The notes below the pieces were generated by a model that made no database searches, had not been told where the DNA came from, and worked only from the letters and a program-made list of their open reading frames with translations. Below, piece after piece: positions 24,788-32,000 of a stretch of DNA of 32,000 nucleotides. The stretch is from an uncultured Erysipelotrichaceae bacterium (GTDB taxonomy: Bacteria > Bacillota_I > Bacilli_A > Erysipelotrichales > Erysipelotrichaceae): the NCBI GenBank assembly GCA_942493105.1, contig OW818668.1, positions 120,001-152,000 on the forward strand. The letters are read 5' to 3'. A program made the position numbers and the translations under genes. Positions within the stretch are counted from its first letter, which is position 1, and each line of letters opens with the position of its first letter.

Positions 24788-26666
24788 ATGCTTTGTTTGG
24801 TTTTTCGTCTTTTAATTCTTGGATCTTTGAACTCAAGAGTTCCCAATCTTTAAGATAAGCCGTCAATTCATTATGGATCATGTCTATCTTTTCATTCAAT
24901 TGATCCATTTGGGCATGATCATGATAGTATTCCGGTTCATAGCGTTTTTCTCTAAAGGATTCAAGTTCAGTTTCTTTTTGAGTGATCATCTCTTCAAGTT
25001 TGATGATTTGCTTAGTTAATCGACCAATGGATTCACGAGAACTGGTTCGATGGGACACTTTGATGATGGGCTCTGATTTGACTGTCATCGTGTTTGAGGC
25101 ATACTCAGGATAAGATAAAGGATAATAATCTGCTTGCCCATTCTCGATGCTTAAGACAGCTGTAGCCATTTTCTGAATGAAATAACGATCGTGAGATACA
25201 AAGATCAAGGTGCCGTCATAGTCCGCCAAGGCATCTTCTAAAGCTTCTTTGCCTAAGATATCCAAATGGTTGGTGGGTTCATCCAACACCAACAAGTTAG
25301 CTCGCTGAAGCAATAGTTTAGCTAAACTTAATCTGACTTTTTCACCGCCACTTAACACATTGACGCTTTTAAAAACCTCATCTGCAGTAAACAAGAAACT
25401 GCCCAAAACAGTTCTGACTTGAGTATGGGTTAATTCAGGATATGCATCCCACAGTTCTTCAAGTACGGTCTTATCACTTCTATAGTCTGTCAGTTCTTGA
25501 TCAAAATAACCGATCTCAATTTGATGGCCTAATAAAGTTTCTCCACCCAAAGCAGGAATCTTACCTAAAATGGTTTTTAGAAAAGTTGATTTCCCATGAC
25601 CATTAGGACCTATGACGGCTAATTTTGTCCCATGCATCAAAGTCAAATCAATGGTTGCTAAAGGTTTGTCATAGCCAATCGTTAATGCTTCAGTCTTTAA
25701 AACCTGCTTACCACCTCGTAAACGAGATGAGAAATGCGCTTTAAAATTTTTGACATCAGCATTTGGGGCATTGATCTTTTCCATTCGATCAAGATACTTG
25801 ATCTTTGATTGAGCAAATTTTGCCTTTGATTTCTTGTATCTGAATTTCTCGATCAGAACCTCTAATCGCTCAATGTCTTTTTGTTGACGTTTATAGGCTG
25901 ATAATTGTTTTTCTTGATTGAGGGCTTTGGCAGCTTGATATTGACTGTAGTTACCAGTATAACTGGTCAATGTTCCAAACTCGATTTCATGAATGATGTC
26001 AGCGACTTGATCAATGAACATACGGTCATGCGAAACAAATAAGATCGCCTTATCATAATACTTTAAGTATCCTTCAAGCCATTCAATGGTTGCCATATCC
26101 AAATGATTGGTTGGTTCATCCAGCAATAATAAATCAGGCTTGCTCAACAGCAGTTTAACAAACGCCAATCTTGTTTTTTGACCAGATGAAAACGTTGAAA
26201 GAGCACGTTCAAGATCTTTGACTTCAAAGCCGAACTTAGTAAAGACCGTCATCATTTCTGATTTATAGGTATACCCGCCTCGATCTTCAAAGGCATGTTG
26301 CAGATTTGCATAGCTTTCAAGAAGCTTTTCACTATGATCACTTACCATTCTTTCACTCATCTCATTGAGTTGATCTTCTAAATCAAAAAGAGGTTTATAA
26401 ATCTCTAGCAGCATTGTTTCTGCACTGATGGTTTCATCACTGAAGGTCATCTGTGATAAAGTTTCGATCCTAAGGTCTTTAGGACGAATCAGGTCTCCTT
26501 TATCAAGGGTCTGTTCTCCACTTAGGATACGCAATAAAGTCGTCTTACCGCTGCCGTTACGGCCCACTAAGGCGATTTTTTGTCGATCTCTGATTTCAAA
26601 ATCGATGTCTGTAAAAACATCTTGAGGACCAAAAGCCTTGGATCCTTTTAGAATAGATACAATCAT
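24786..26666 (-). CDS. ABC-F family ATPase (translation-factor type, no TMD)
   Basis: Two ABC cassettes (GRNGSGKTT / FSSGQKTRLAF / LLLLDEPTNHLD and GPNGHGKST / LSGGEKVRLSLA / LLVLDEPTNHLD), a ~60-aa basic linker and a C-terminal coiled-coil tail. Confidence 0.9.
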   Translation of the reverse strand: MIVSILKGSKAFGPQDVFTDIDFEIRDRQKIALVGRNGSGKTTLLRILSGEQTLDKGDLIRPKDLRIETLSQMTFSDETISAETMLLEIYKPLFDLEDQLNEMSERMVSDHSEKLLESYANLQHAFEDRGGYTYKSEMMTVFTKFGFEVKDLERALSTFSSGQKTRLAFVKLLLSKPDLLLLDEPTNHLDMATIEWLEGYLKYYDKAILFVSHDRMFIDQVADIIHEIEFGTLTSYTGNYSQYQAAKALNQEKQLSAYKRQQKDIERLEVLIEKFRYKKSKAKFAQSKIKYLDRMEKINAPNADVKNFKAHFSSRLRGGKQVLKTEALTIGYDKPLATIDLTLMHGTKLAVIGPNGHGKSTFLKTILGKIPALGGETLLGHQIEIGYFDQELTDYRSDKTVLEELWDAYPELTHTQVRTVLGSFLFTADEVFKSVNVLSGGEKVRLSLAKLLLQRANLLVLDEPTNHLDILGKEALEDALADYDGTLIFVSHDRYFIQKMATAVLSIENGQADYYPLSYPEYASNTMTVKSEPIIKVSHRTSSRESIGRLTKQIIKLEEMITQKETELESFREKRYEPEYYHDHAQMDQLNEKIDMIHNELTAYLKDWELLSSKIQELKDEKPNKA

Positions 26667-27964
26667 CAGTTGACCTTTTTAAGTTGCAAGTAATCCGCAA
26701 AACCCAAGGCAATATTCTCAATCAATTCATCATGCTTTGTTGTATAGATTTGATAATCTTGGGTATTCGTTAAAAACAATAAATCAAGTAAGATGGCTTG
26801 AACACCATAAGGGTTATTTGCAGCAAACAATGCATTTTCTTTGGCTGCATCTGAATATTGGGCTGCATTCAAAATCAGACCCCCTGTTTCTCTGACGTCC
26901 GTATTGATGTCCATATTGTTTAGGACACCACCACTAATGATCCCTAACTTATTGCCTTTAGAACCAACCCCGAATATCGTTAATTCATCAAGCTCCATAT
27001 AGGCATCAAAAATAGTCGTTGCAAAACGATTTGAAGCATAATGAGAATAAATGATCCGTGCCCCTTTACTGATACCATTCGCACTACTATTAAAATCCAA
27101 AGCAATATAATACTTAGCCTTGACATTATAGAGTCTCGCCATTCGACCATCAGGTCCCCAACGGTCAATCATTTCATCGCCACGTGTAATAAATACTTTT
27201 AAACCATAAGCTTCCAGTTTTGTCTTTAAAAGTTCAGCACTGTCCACTAACGCATTCGCTGCATTGACATCTTTAACAACCAATCCATCACCGATGTATT
27301 GATTACGTGAAGGATCGATCACAACATCATAAATGGCTTCAGGCACTTCCTTCTTAACGACTCGGATAAAAACATAATTCTTATCAAAGATCTTGCGTTC
27401 TTTAAAAGGAGATTCTATTAGATCAGCATCCGCAACGATTTCAACTTCCATCCCTAATCCAGCCTCTCTGCGTATGGTATAGAATTCATCATATAAAACA
27501 TCATTTGAGATCAAACGTGACTTGGTTAAATTTTCCATGACGAAGACTTCATAAAAGCCTTCTGTGATCGTATCTAAAGGAATTTGTCGATCAATGAAAT
27601 TCTCCATCATATAGACCAGTTCATTACCATCACAAACATTTCTTAAGACCACTGTTTTCCCAACGAAATAATCTGGTTTAGCCAATTCAAAAGGTTCATG
27701 GTAAATGTTGAGGGTTTCGCCATAATACAAATGTTGAGCTAAAACAGTTGTATCTTCATAGGTCAATGTTTTTAATACGGTTTGAGCTTTTTGTAAACTA
27801 TAATCACACACAAGATATTTGGGTTGTTTAACGATGACTTTATGCGGATTGACAAGGGTAAACAATACATATGACACTAACAAGGCCAACACTAAAAGTG
27901 GAAGGGCAATCTTCCATCTTAATTTCTTTTTTCTTGAACGATAATCTCGCTTAACTTTTTTCAT
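26666..27964 (-). CDS. Membrane-anchored Amidase_3 (MurNAc-LAA)-like protein with apparently degenerate active site
   Basis: N-terminal TM (WKIALPLLVLALLVSYVLFTLV). The C-terminal half matches Amidase_3 block order: VVIDPSRNQYIGDG, VKDVNA, KVFITRGDE, YYIALDFNSS, GARIIYS, AILLDLLFLTN. The usual H, E, H, E positions read S/R, V, D, D. Confidence 0.55.
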   Translation of the reverse strand: MKKVKRDYRSRKKKLRWKIALPLLVLALLVSYVLFTLVNPHKVIVKQPKYLVCDYSLQKAQTVLKTLTYEDTTVLAQHLYYGETLNIYHEPFELAKPDYFVGKTVVLRNVCDGNELVYMMENFIDRQIPLDTITEGFYEVFVMENLTKSRLISNDVLYDEFYTIRREAGLGMEVEIVADADLIESPFKERKIFDKNYVFIRVVKKEVPEAIYDVVIDPSRNQYIGDGLVVKDVNAANALVDSAELLKTKLEAYGLKVFITRGDEMIDRWGPDGRMARLYNVKAKYYIALDFNSSANGISKGARIIYSHYASNRFATTIFDAYMELDELTIFGVGSKGNKLGIISGGVLNNMDINTDVRETGGLILNAAQYSDAAKENALFAANNPYGVQAILLDLLFLTNTQDYQIYTTKHDELIENIALGFADYLQLKKVN

Positions 27965-28770
27965 AGACGAATATCAACGATATGTTTTGGTTTTCTAGCC
28001 TCAACAGGAGGCAATGTGTTATAAGATGGGGCAATGGCCGTACATAAATATTCATGAGGATGAGCTGCGATCGGCAACATGGTATCTTCAAAGGGTACAT
28101 ACTGAACCGGATAGATGTCTTCTTTTTTAAAAACGAATGGTTTAAACGGGGTCTTGAAGGTCCACGTTAAATCAAAGCCGATGTATTTTGAATTACGATT
28201 GATTCTACCATAAAACCTAGCATTACTTAAGAACCAAACTTTAAGAGGCAAAGGATTGATTTTTATATTTTCAAAAAACACGATAAAAGGCATCAAAGCT
28301 TGATTCAATAGTCTTAATGGTAAATCCAAAGCCTTATTGGGATTAACGTAATCATACACAAAGACATCGACGAAGATCCCATCAGAATCACTACAGCGGT
28401 TCCCTAATAGACCATTGACTTCTTTGATATAAGTTCCTTTTTTACGTATCTTCATACCAGGAATCAAGACATTATATCGCTTGCACGTTTCAAAGCAATG
28501 CACAACATACTTATCACCAAGTTCATGAGCTATGGCTTGAAACTTACGATAATCGTCAATGATCATGGAGATGTCCGCATCATCATCCCAAGGTATGAAT
28601 CCTTTGTGTCTGACCGCACCTAAAGCACTTCCTCCATTGAGGAAGTATGGGATATCGTGTTCACGGCAGAGTTTATCAATGTCTTTCAACATTTCTAAAA
28701 GAACCATCTGAACATCGCGGACTGTGATCACAGATCCATCTGGATTGGTTTTTAAGAGATAGGATTCCAT
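27961..28770 (-). CDS. licD: LicD-family phosphotransferase (phosphocholine/polyol-phosphate transferase)
   Basis: YFLNGGSALGAVRHKGFIPWDDDADISM is the LicD signature. Start taken at MESYLLK (ATG 28770, 1 nt after the asnS stop). ATG 28815, inside asnS, is the alternative. Confidence 0.8.
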   Translation of the reverse strand: MESYLLKTNPDGSVITVRDVQMVLLEMLKDIDKLCREHDIPYFLNGGSALGAVRHKGFIPWDDDADISMIIDDYRKFQAIAHELGDKYVVHCFETCKRYNVLIPGMKIRKKGTYIKEVNGLLGNRCSDSDGIFVDVFVYDYVNPNKALDLPLRLLNQALMPFIVFFENIKINPLPLKVWFLSNARFYGRINRNSKYIGFDLTWTFKTPFKPFVFKKEDIYPVQYVPFEDTMLPIAAHPHEYLCTAIAPSYNTLPPVEARKPKHIVDIRL

Positions 28771-28771
28771 A

Positions 28772-30154
28772 TTAGAACAGGAGATTTTTCGGAGTTCTCG
28801 CAAACGGCAAGACATCGCGGATATTGGTCATCCCAGTGATATACATCAAGAAACGATCTAGTCCTAAACCAAACCCAGCATGTTTACATCCACCATAACG
28901 TCTTAGATCTAAATACCATTGTAAACTTTCTTCATGGATGCCCATTTCGGACATACGTTTCTTTAGTGCATCCAGACGTTCTTCACGCTGTGATCCACCG
29001 ACCAATTCACCAATGGCCGGAACCAACAAGTCGCAAGCTGCAACAGTCTTCTGATCATCATTAAGTCGCATGTAGAAGGCTTTGATGTCTTTAGGATAAT
29101 CTGTCAAGAAGACTGGACCTTGTATGACTTGTTCACACAAATAACGCTCATGTTCTGATTGTAGGTCTGTGCCCCAATCAACCGGATATTCAAATTTTAC
29201 AGGCGCCTTTTTCAAATGGTCAATGGCTTGTGTATAGGTCATTCTCGCAAAAGGAGTCGCCTTAACAAGGTTCAATCGTTCAATCAAAGTCTTATCGATC
29301 ATTTCATTGAAGAATTTCATTTCTTCTGGACAGTTTTCCATCACATAAGCAATGCAACTCTTAACCATGTCTTCAATCAAATCCATATCATCATTGAGAT
29401 CCGCAAAAGCAATCTCCGGTTCAATCATCCAGAATTCACTCGCATGACGTGCAGTATTGGAATTCTCAGCTCTAAAGGTTGGTCCAAAAGTATACACATC
29501 TCTAAACGCCAAGGCAAAAGCTTCAGCTTGAAGTTGACCCGAGACGGTCAATGAAGCTTTTTTACCGAAGAAATCTTCTTCATATTTGGTATCTTCACGT
29601 GTTGTGACGGTAAAGACTTCACCTGCGCCTTCCGCATCATTACCTGTAATGATTGGCGCATGGACATAAACAAATCCTTGATTCTGGAAGAATTCATGGA
29701 TGGCCATAGATAAAACAGAACGAACTCTGAATACAGCCGAGAAGGTATTGGTTCGAGGCCTAAGATGGGCTATTTCTCTGAGATACTCAAAAGAATGACG
29801 TTTCTTTTGAAGTGGATAATCATTGTCACATTCCCCTTCTAAAAGAATTTCAGTTACTTCGATCTCAAAGGGTTGCTTAGCTTCTGGAGTGCGTTTAAAC
29901 ATCCCGGTCACTGTCAGTGAACAACCGGTCAGATATTTGGTATATGCATCGAAATCAGCTAAAGCACTCGAATAAACCAGTTGCACATTTCTAAAATAGG
30001 TCCCATCATTAAGTTCAATGAAACCGATGCTTCCATTATTGCGATTGGTCCTGACCCAGCCTTGAAGCTGGACATACTCAATCCCATCGATCTCAATCGG
30101 GTTACCTTCATAAATCAATTCATAACATTCTCTAACGGTCATATAAGTAATCAT
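28772..30154 (-). CDS. asnS: Asparagine--tRNA ligase
   Basis: 460 aa, class IIb. N-terminal OB fold ([21 protein letters not shown]), [22 protein letters not shown]-terminal [12 protein letters not shown]. Confidence 0.92.
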   Translation of the reverse strand: MITYMTVRECYELIYEGNPIEIDGIEYVQLQGWVRTNRNNGSIGFIELNDGTYFRNVQLVYSSALADFDAYTKYLTGCSLTVTGMFKRTPEAKQPFEIEVTEILLEGECDNDYPLQKKRHSFEYLREIAHLRPRTNTFSAVFRVRSVLSMAIHEFFQNQGFVYVHAPIITGNDAEGAGEVFTVTTREDTKYEEDFFGKKASLTVSGQLQAEAFALAFRDVYTFGPTFRAENSNTARHASEFWMIEPEIAFADLNDDMDLIEDMVKSCIAYVMENCPEEMKFFNEMIDKTLIERLNLVKATPFARMTYTQAIDHLKKAPVKFEYPVDWGTDLQSEHERYLCEQVIQGPVFLTDYPKDIKAFYMRLNDDQKTVAACDLLVPAIGELVGGSQREERLDALKKRMSEMGIHEESLQWYLDLRRYGGCKHAGFGLGLDRFLMYITGMTNIRDVLPFARTPKNLLF

Positions 30155-30161
30155 GGTTTCC

Positions 30162-30785
30162 TCACTTCATCGCGTTTGTTTCAAATACCAGTTCTTGGAT
30201 CATAGAAACAACATCGACGGCTTTAACGGTCACCCCTTTGGGGACCTGTATATGTTCATGGGTAAAATCTACAATGCCTTTGATCCCTGCTTGAATCAGC
30301 AAATCAACAGTTTCTTGGACATTAGAAGAAATCGTCAAGATGGCAATACGACATCCTTCGGGCAATTTTTCTTTAAGTTGGGTCATAGGATAAACAGGAA
30401 TTTCATACGCATTTCCGATTTTTTCCGCATTGATATCAAAGGCACAGGCAATTTCCCCTACCACATGATTCCAACGGTTATAATTCATCAAAGCACGGCC
30501 TAGATTACCAGCTCCGACAATGATCAGTTTCTCTTGGAATGCTCCACCCAAATGAGCATCAAATATTTCAATCAGACTTCCAACATCATAACCATATCCT
30601 TGTTTTCCCAGTGATCCCAAAAATGAGAAATCGCGGCGAATCGTCGTAGGTTCTACATCGACAAACTCAGAGAGTTCTCGCGACATGATTCGACTGATCC
30701 CCAAATGCTGGAGCTTCCTTAACGCCTTTAAATAAACAGGATAACGCTGTAGTGTTGCCTTAGGCACATTTTGATGATTTGACAT
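30162..30785 (-). CDS. rex: Redox-sensing transcriptional repressor Rex
   Basis: N-terminal winged helix ([13 protein letters not shown]…[23 protein letters not shown]) and Rossmann motif [12 protein letters not shown]. Confidence 0.92.
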   Translation of the reverse strand: MSNHQNVPKATLQRYPVYLKALRKLQHLGISRIMSRELSEFVDVEPTTIRRDFSFLGSLGKQGYGYDVGSLIEIFDAHLGGAFQEKLIIVGAGNLGRALMNYNRWNHVVGEIACAFDINAEKIGNAYEIPVYPMTQLKEKLPEGCRIAILTISSNVQETVDLLIQAGIKGIVDFTHEHIQVPKGVTVKAVDVVSMIQELVFETNAMK

Positions 30786-30806
30786 AACTTCACCTTCCTA
30801 GACATA

Positions 30807-30838
30807 ATGATAACATATTCACAAACGATTGTGAATAT
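30807..30838 (-). promoter_or_regulatory. rex promoter (TTCACA-17-TATCAT) overlapped by the 24-bp palindrome ATATTCACAA-ACGA-TTGTGAATAT (30815-30838)
   Basis: Minus strand -35 TTCACA (30835-30830) and -10 TATCAT (30812-30807). Perfect 10+4+10 inverted repeat made of Rex half-site words. Confidence 0.55.
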
Positions 30839-30850
30839 ATTTCATTAAAT

Positions 30851-31849
30851 TCACTTATACTCTAGGCCAGGATTGGCACTAATATCCAGATTTCCAAGAA
30901 CTCCGTGACGATATGCCACTTCAGCAGCAGCACCGATCATGGCTGCATTGTCTGTACAGCACCATAAAGGTGGAATGGTTATCTTAAGATCTGGATATTC
31001 TAGATTTAGTTCATTGACCAACACTCTCAAGCGAGAATTCGCAGCAACCCCTCCAGCCAACACAAGATGCTTCACTTCAAAAGTATCTATGGCTAATTTA
31101 GTTTTACGTAGAAGTTCACCCAATACCGCTTCTTGAAAAGCATACGCTAGATCAGCTTGATTGATTTCACGCTCTTGTTTGGTTTCTCTTTGGACCAGTT
31201 GCAGGACAGCTGATTTTAAACCACTAAATGAAAAATTAAGCGGCTCTTCAGTTTTTACACGTGGGAGTTGATAATGCGCTTGACCTGTTTTAGCGAGTTT
31301 ATCGATGGCTGGTCCACCTGGATAAGGCAGGTGTAAAACGCGTGCCACTTTATCATAAGCCTCGCCTACCGCATCATCTTGAGTAGATCCTAGGATTTTA
31401 AAATCCCATTCTTCTTTTAGATAAACAAGTTCTGTGTGACCCCCAGAAACCACAAGAGCCAACAGTGGATACTCAATTGAATCTACAAAGGCATTTGCAT
31501 AAATATGTCCCGCAATATGATGGATTGGTATTAAAGGTTTGCCTGTTGCCCAAGCTAAAGTTTTTGCAGCTAAAAGTCCCACATGAAGTGAACCGATGAG
31601 TCCAGGACCTTGAGTCACAGCGATCGCATCGATTTGATCCATTGTGGAATTTGCCTTTTGAAGAGCTTCTTCTAAGACAACTGAAATATTCTCAATATGT
31701 AATCGAGAAGCTACTTCAGGAATGACTCCTCCAAATTTAGAATGAACATTGATTTGAGATGAAACGACATTAGATAAAACTGTCTTACCATCTTCAATGA
31801 TCGCAACGGCAGTTTCATCACATGAACTCTCTATGGCACAAATTCTCAT
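30851..31849 (-). CDS. tsaD: tRNA N6-adenosine threonylcarbamoyltransferase TsaD
   Basis: MRICAIESSCDETAVAI…, HHIAGHIYA (metal-binding His pair), GGVAANS. 332 aa. Confidence 0.93.
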   Translation of the reverse strand: MRICAIESSCDETAVAIIEDGKTVLSNVVSSQINVHSKFGGVIPEVASRLHIENISVVLEEALQKANSTMDQIDAIAVTQGPGLIGSLHVGLLAAKTLAWATGKPLIPIHHIAGHIYANAFVDSIEYPLLALVVSGGHTELVYLKEEWDFKILGSTQDDAVGEAYDKVARVLHLPYPGGPAIDKLAKTGQAHYQLPRVKTEEPLNFSFSGLKSAVLQLVQRETKQEREINQADLAYAFQEAVLGELLRKTKLAIDTFEVKHLVLAGGVAANSRLRVLVNELNLEYPDLKITIPPLWCCTDNAAMIGAAAEVAYRHGVLGNLDISANPGLEYK

Positions 31850-31860
31850 AACGCTCCTTA

Positions 31861-31888
31861 GAAAACAAAACCCGCTGTAAGCGGGATT
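31861..31888 (-). terminator. Terminator-like hairpin between the upstream gene and tsaD
   Basis: Minus strand CCCGCT-TAC-AGCGGG followed by TTTTGTTTTC. It abuts the tsaD RBS. Confidence 0.5.
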
Positions 31889-31927
31889 CGTTTACTGTTC
31901 AATTTTATCACAGAACAGCGTTTTTTT

Positions 31928-31999
31928 CTATTTTTGAATACCATATGCTTGTTTAAGAATGGTCTTAAGATCACTTACCAAAGGTAAACGTGGATTACA
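31928..31999 (-). CDS. 3' end of an unidentified gene (enters from beyond the window)
   Basis: The minus-strand frame is open from the window edge: …CNPRLPLVSDLKTILKQAYGIQK, stop TAG at 31930-31928. Too short to identify. Confidence 0.35.
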   Translation of the reverse strand, partial: CNPRLPLVSDLKTILKQAYGIQK

Positions 32000-32000
32000 T

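Noticed and set aside
24786-26666. ABC-F as an antibiotic-resistance (ARE) ribosomal protection protein
   Set aside because: The interdomain linker is of ordinary length (~60 aa) rather than an extended ARD. The C-terminal coiled-coil tail resembles housekeeping YdiF/Uup-type proteins. Operon context with asnS suggests a translation housekeeping role.
30155-30161. T-box or other leader upstream of asnS
   Set aside because: Only 7 nt separate the rex stop and the asnS start, so there is no room for a leader RNA.
30829-30848. Canonical-orientation Rex box TAATGAA-N5-TTCACAA (minus strand), reusing one arm of the palindrome
   Set aside because: 5/7 match in one half-site and a 5-nt instead of a 4-nt spacer. 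It is kept only as an alternative explanation within the Rex finding.
1-32000. CRISPR arrays, IS elements, prophage or defence islands
   Set aside because: No spaced direct-repeat array, transposase, integrase or recombinase ORF, terminal inverted repeats or clustered unknown ORFs. Every sizeable ORF is explained by housekeeping or regulatory families.

Overview
Low-GC chromosomal segment that uses the standard genetic code (TGA serves as a stop). By gene content it looks Firmicutes/Mollicutes-like (Erysipelotrichia- or Acholeplasma-like), but that placement is inference only. It is almost wall-to-wall housekeeping operons, mostly on the minus strand. In coordinate order: a partial secreted protein behind a candidate c-di-GMP-I (GEMM-I) riboswitch; azlCD; an RpiR regulator; a small membrane protein; orphan ptsI preceded by a small HTH-like ORF; a nine-gene V/A-type ATPase operon (G-like, C, I, K, F, E, A, B, D); an Ami/Opp-type oligopeptide ABC operon (A, B, C, D, F); tRNA-Ser(CGA); a stand-alone ADP-ribosylglycohydrolase; a PPi-type phosphofructokinase; an ECF sigma/anti-sigma pair; a tightly coupled rex-asnS-licD-(degenerate amidase_3-like)-ABC-F string; tsaD; and the 3' end of one more gene. 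I found no CRISPR array, transposase, integrase, prophage or recognisable defence or toxin island, and I cannot honestly point to a clear new multi-gene system. The most unusual items are: (1) the GEMM-I-like leader in front of a signal-peptide protein; (2) an Amidase_3-like protein whose metal and catalytic residues all appear substituted, translationally coupled to LicD inside an aaRS/ABC-F operon; (3) a perfect 24-bp palindrome at the rex promoter built from Rex half-sites in swapped order; (4) two genes (azlC, ECF sigma) with good -10 boxes 6 nt from the ATG and no Shine-Dalgarno, suggesting leaderless mRNAs. All domain calls come from by-eye motif recognition and no searches were run.
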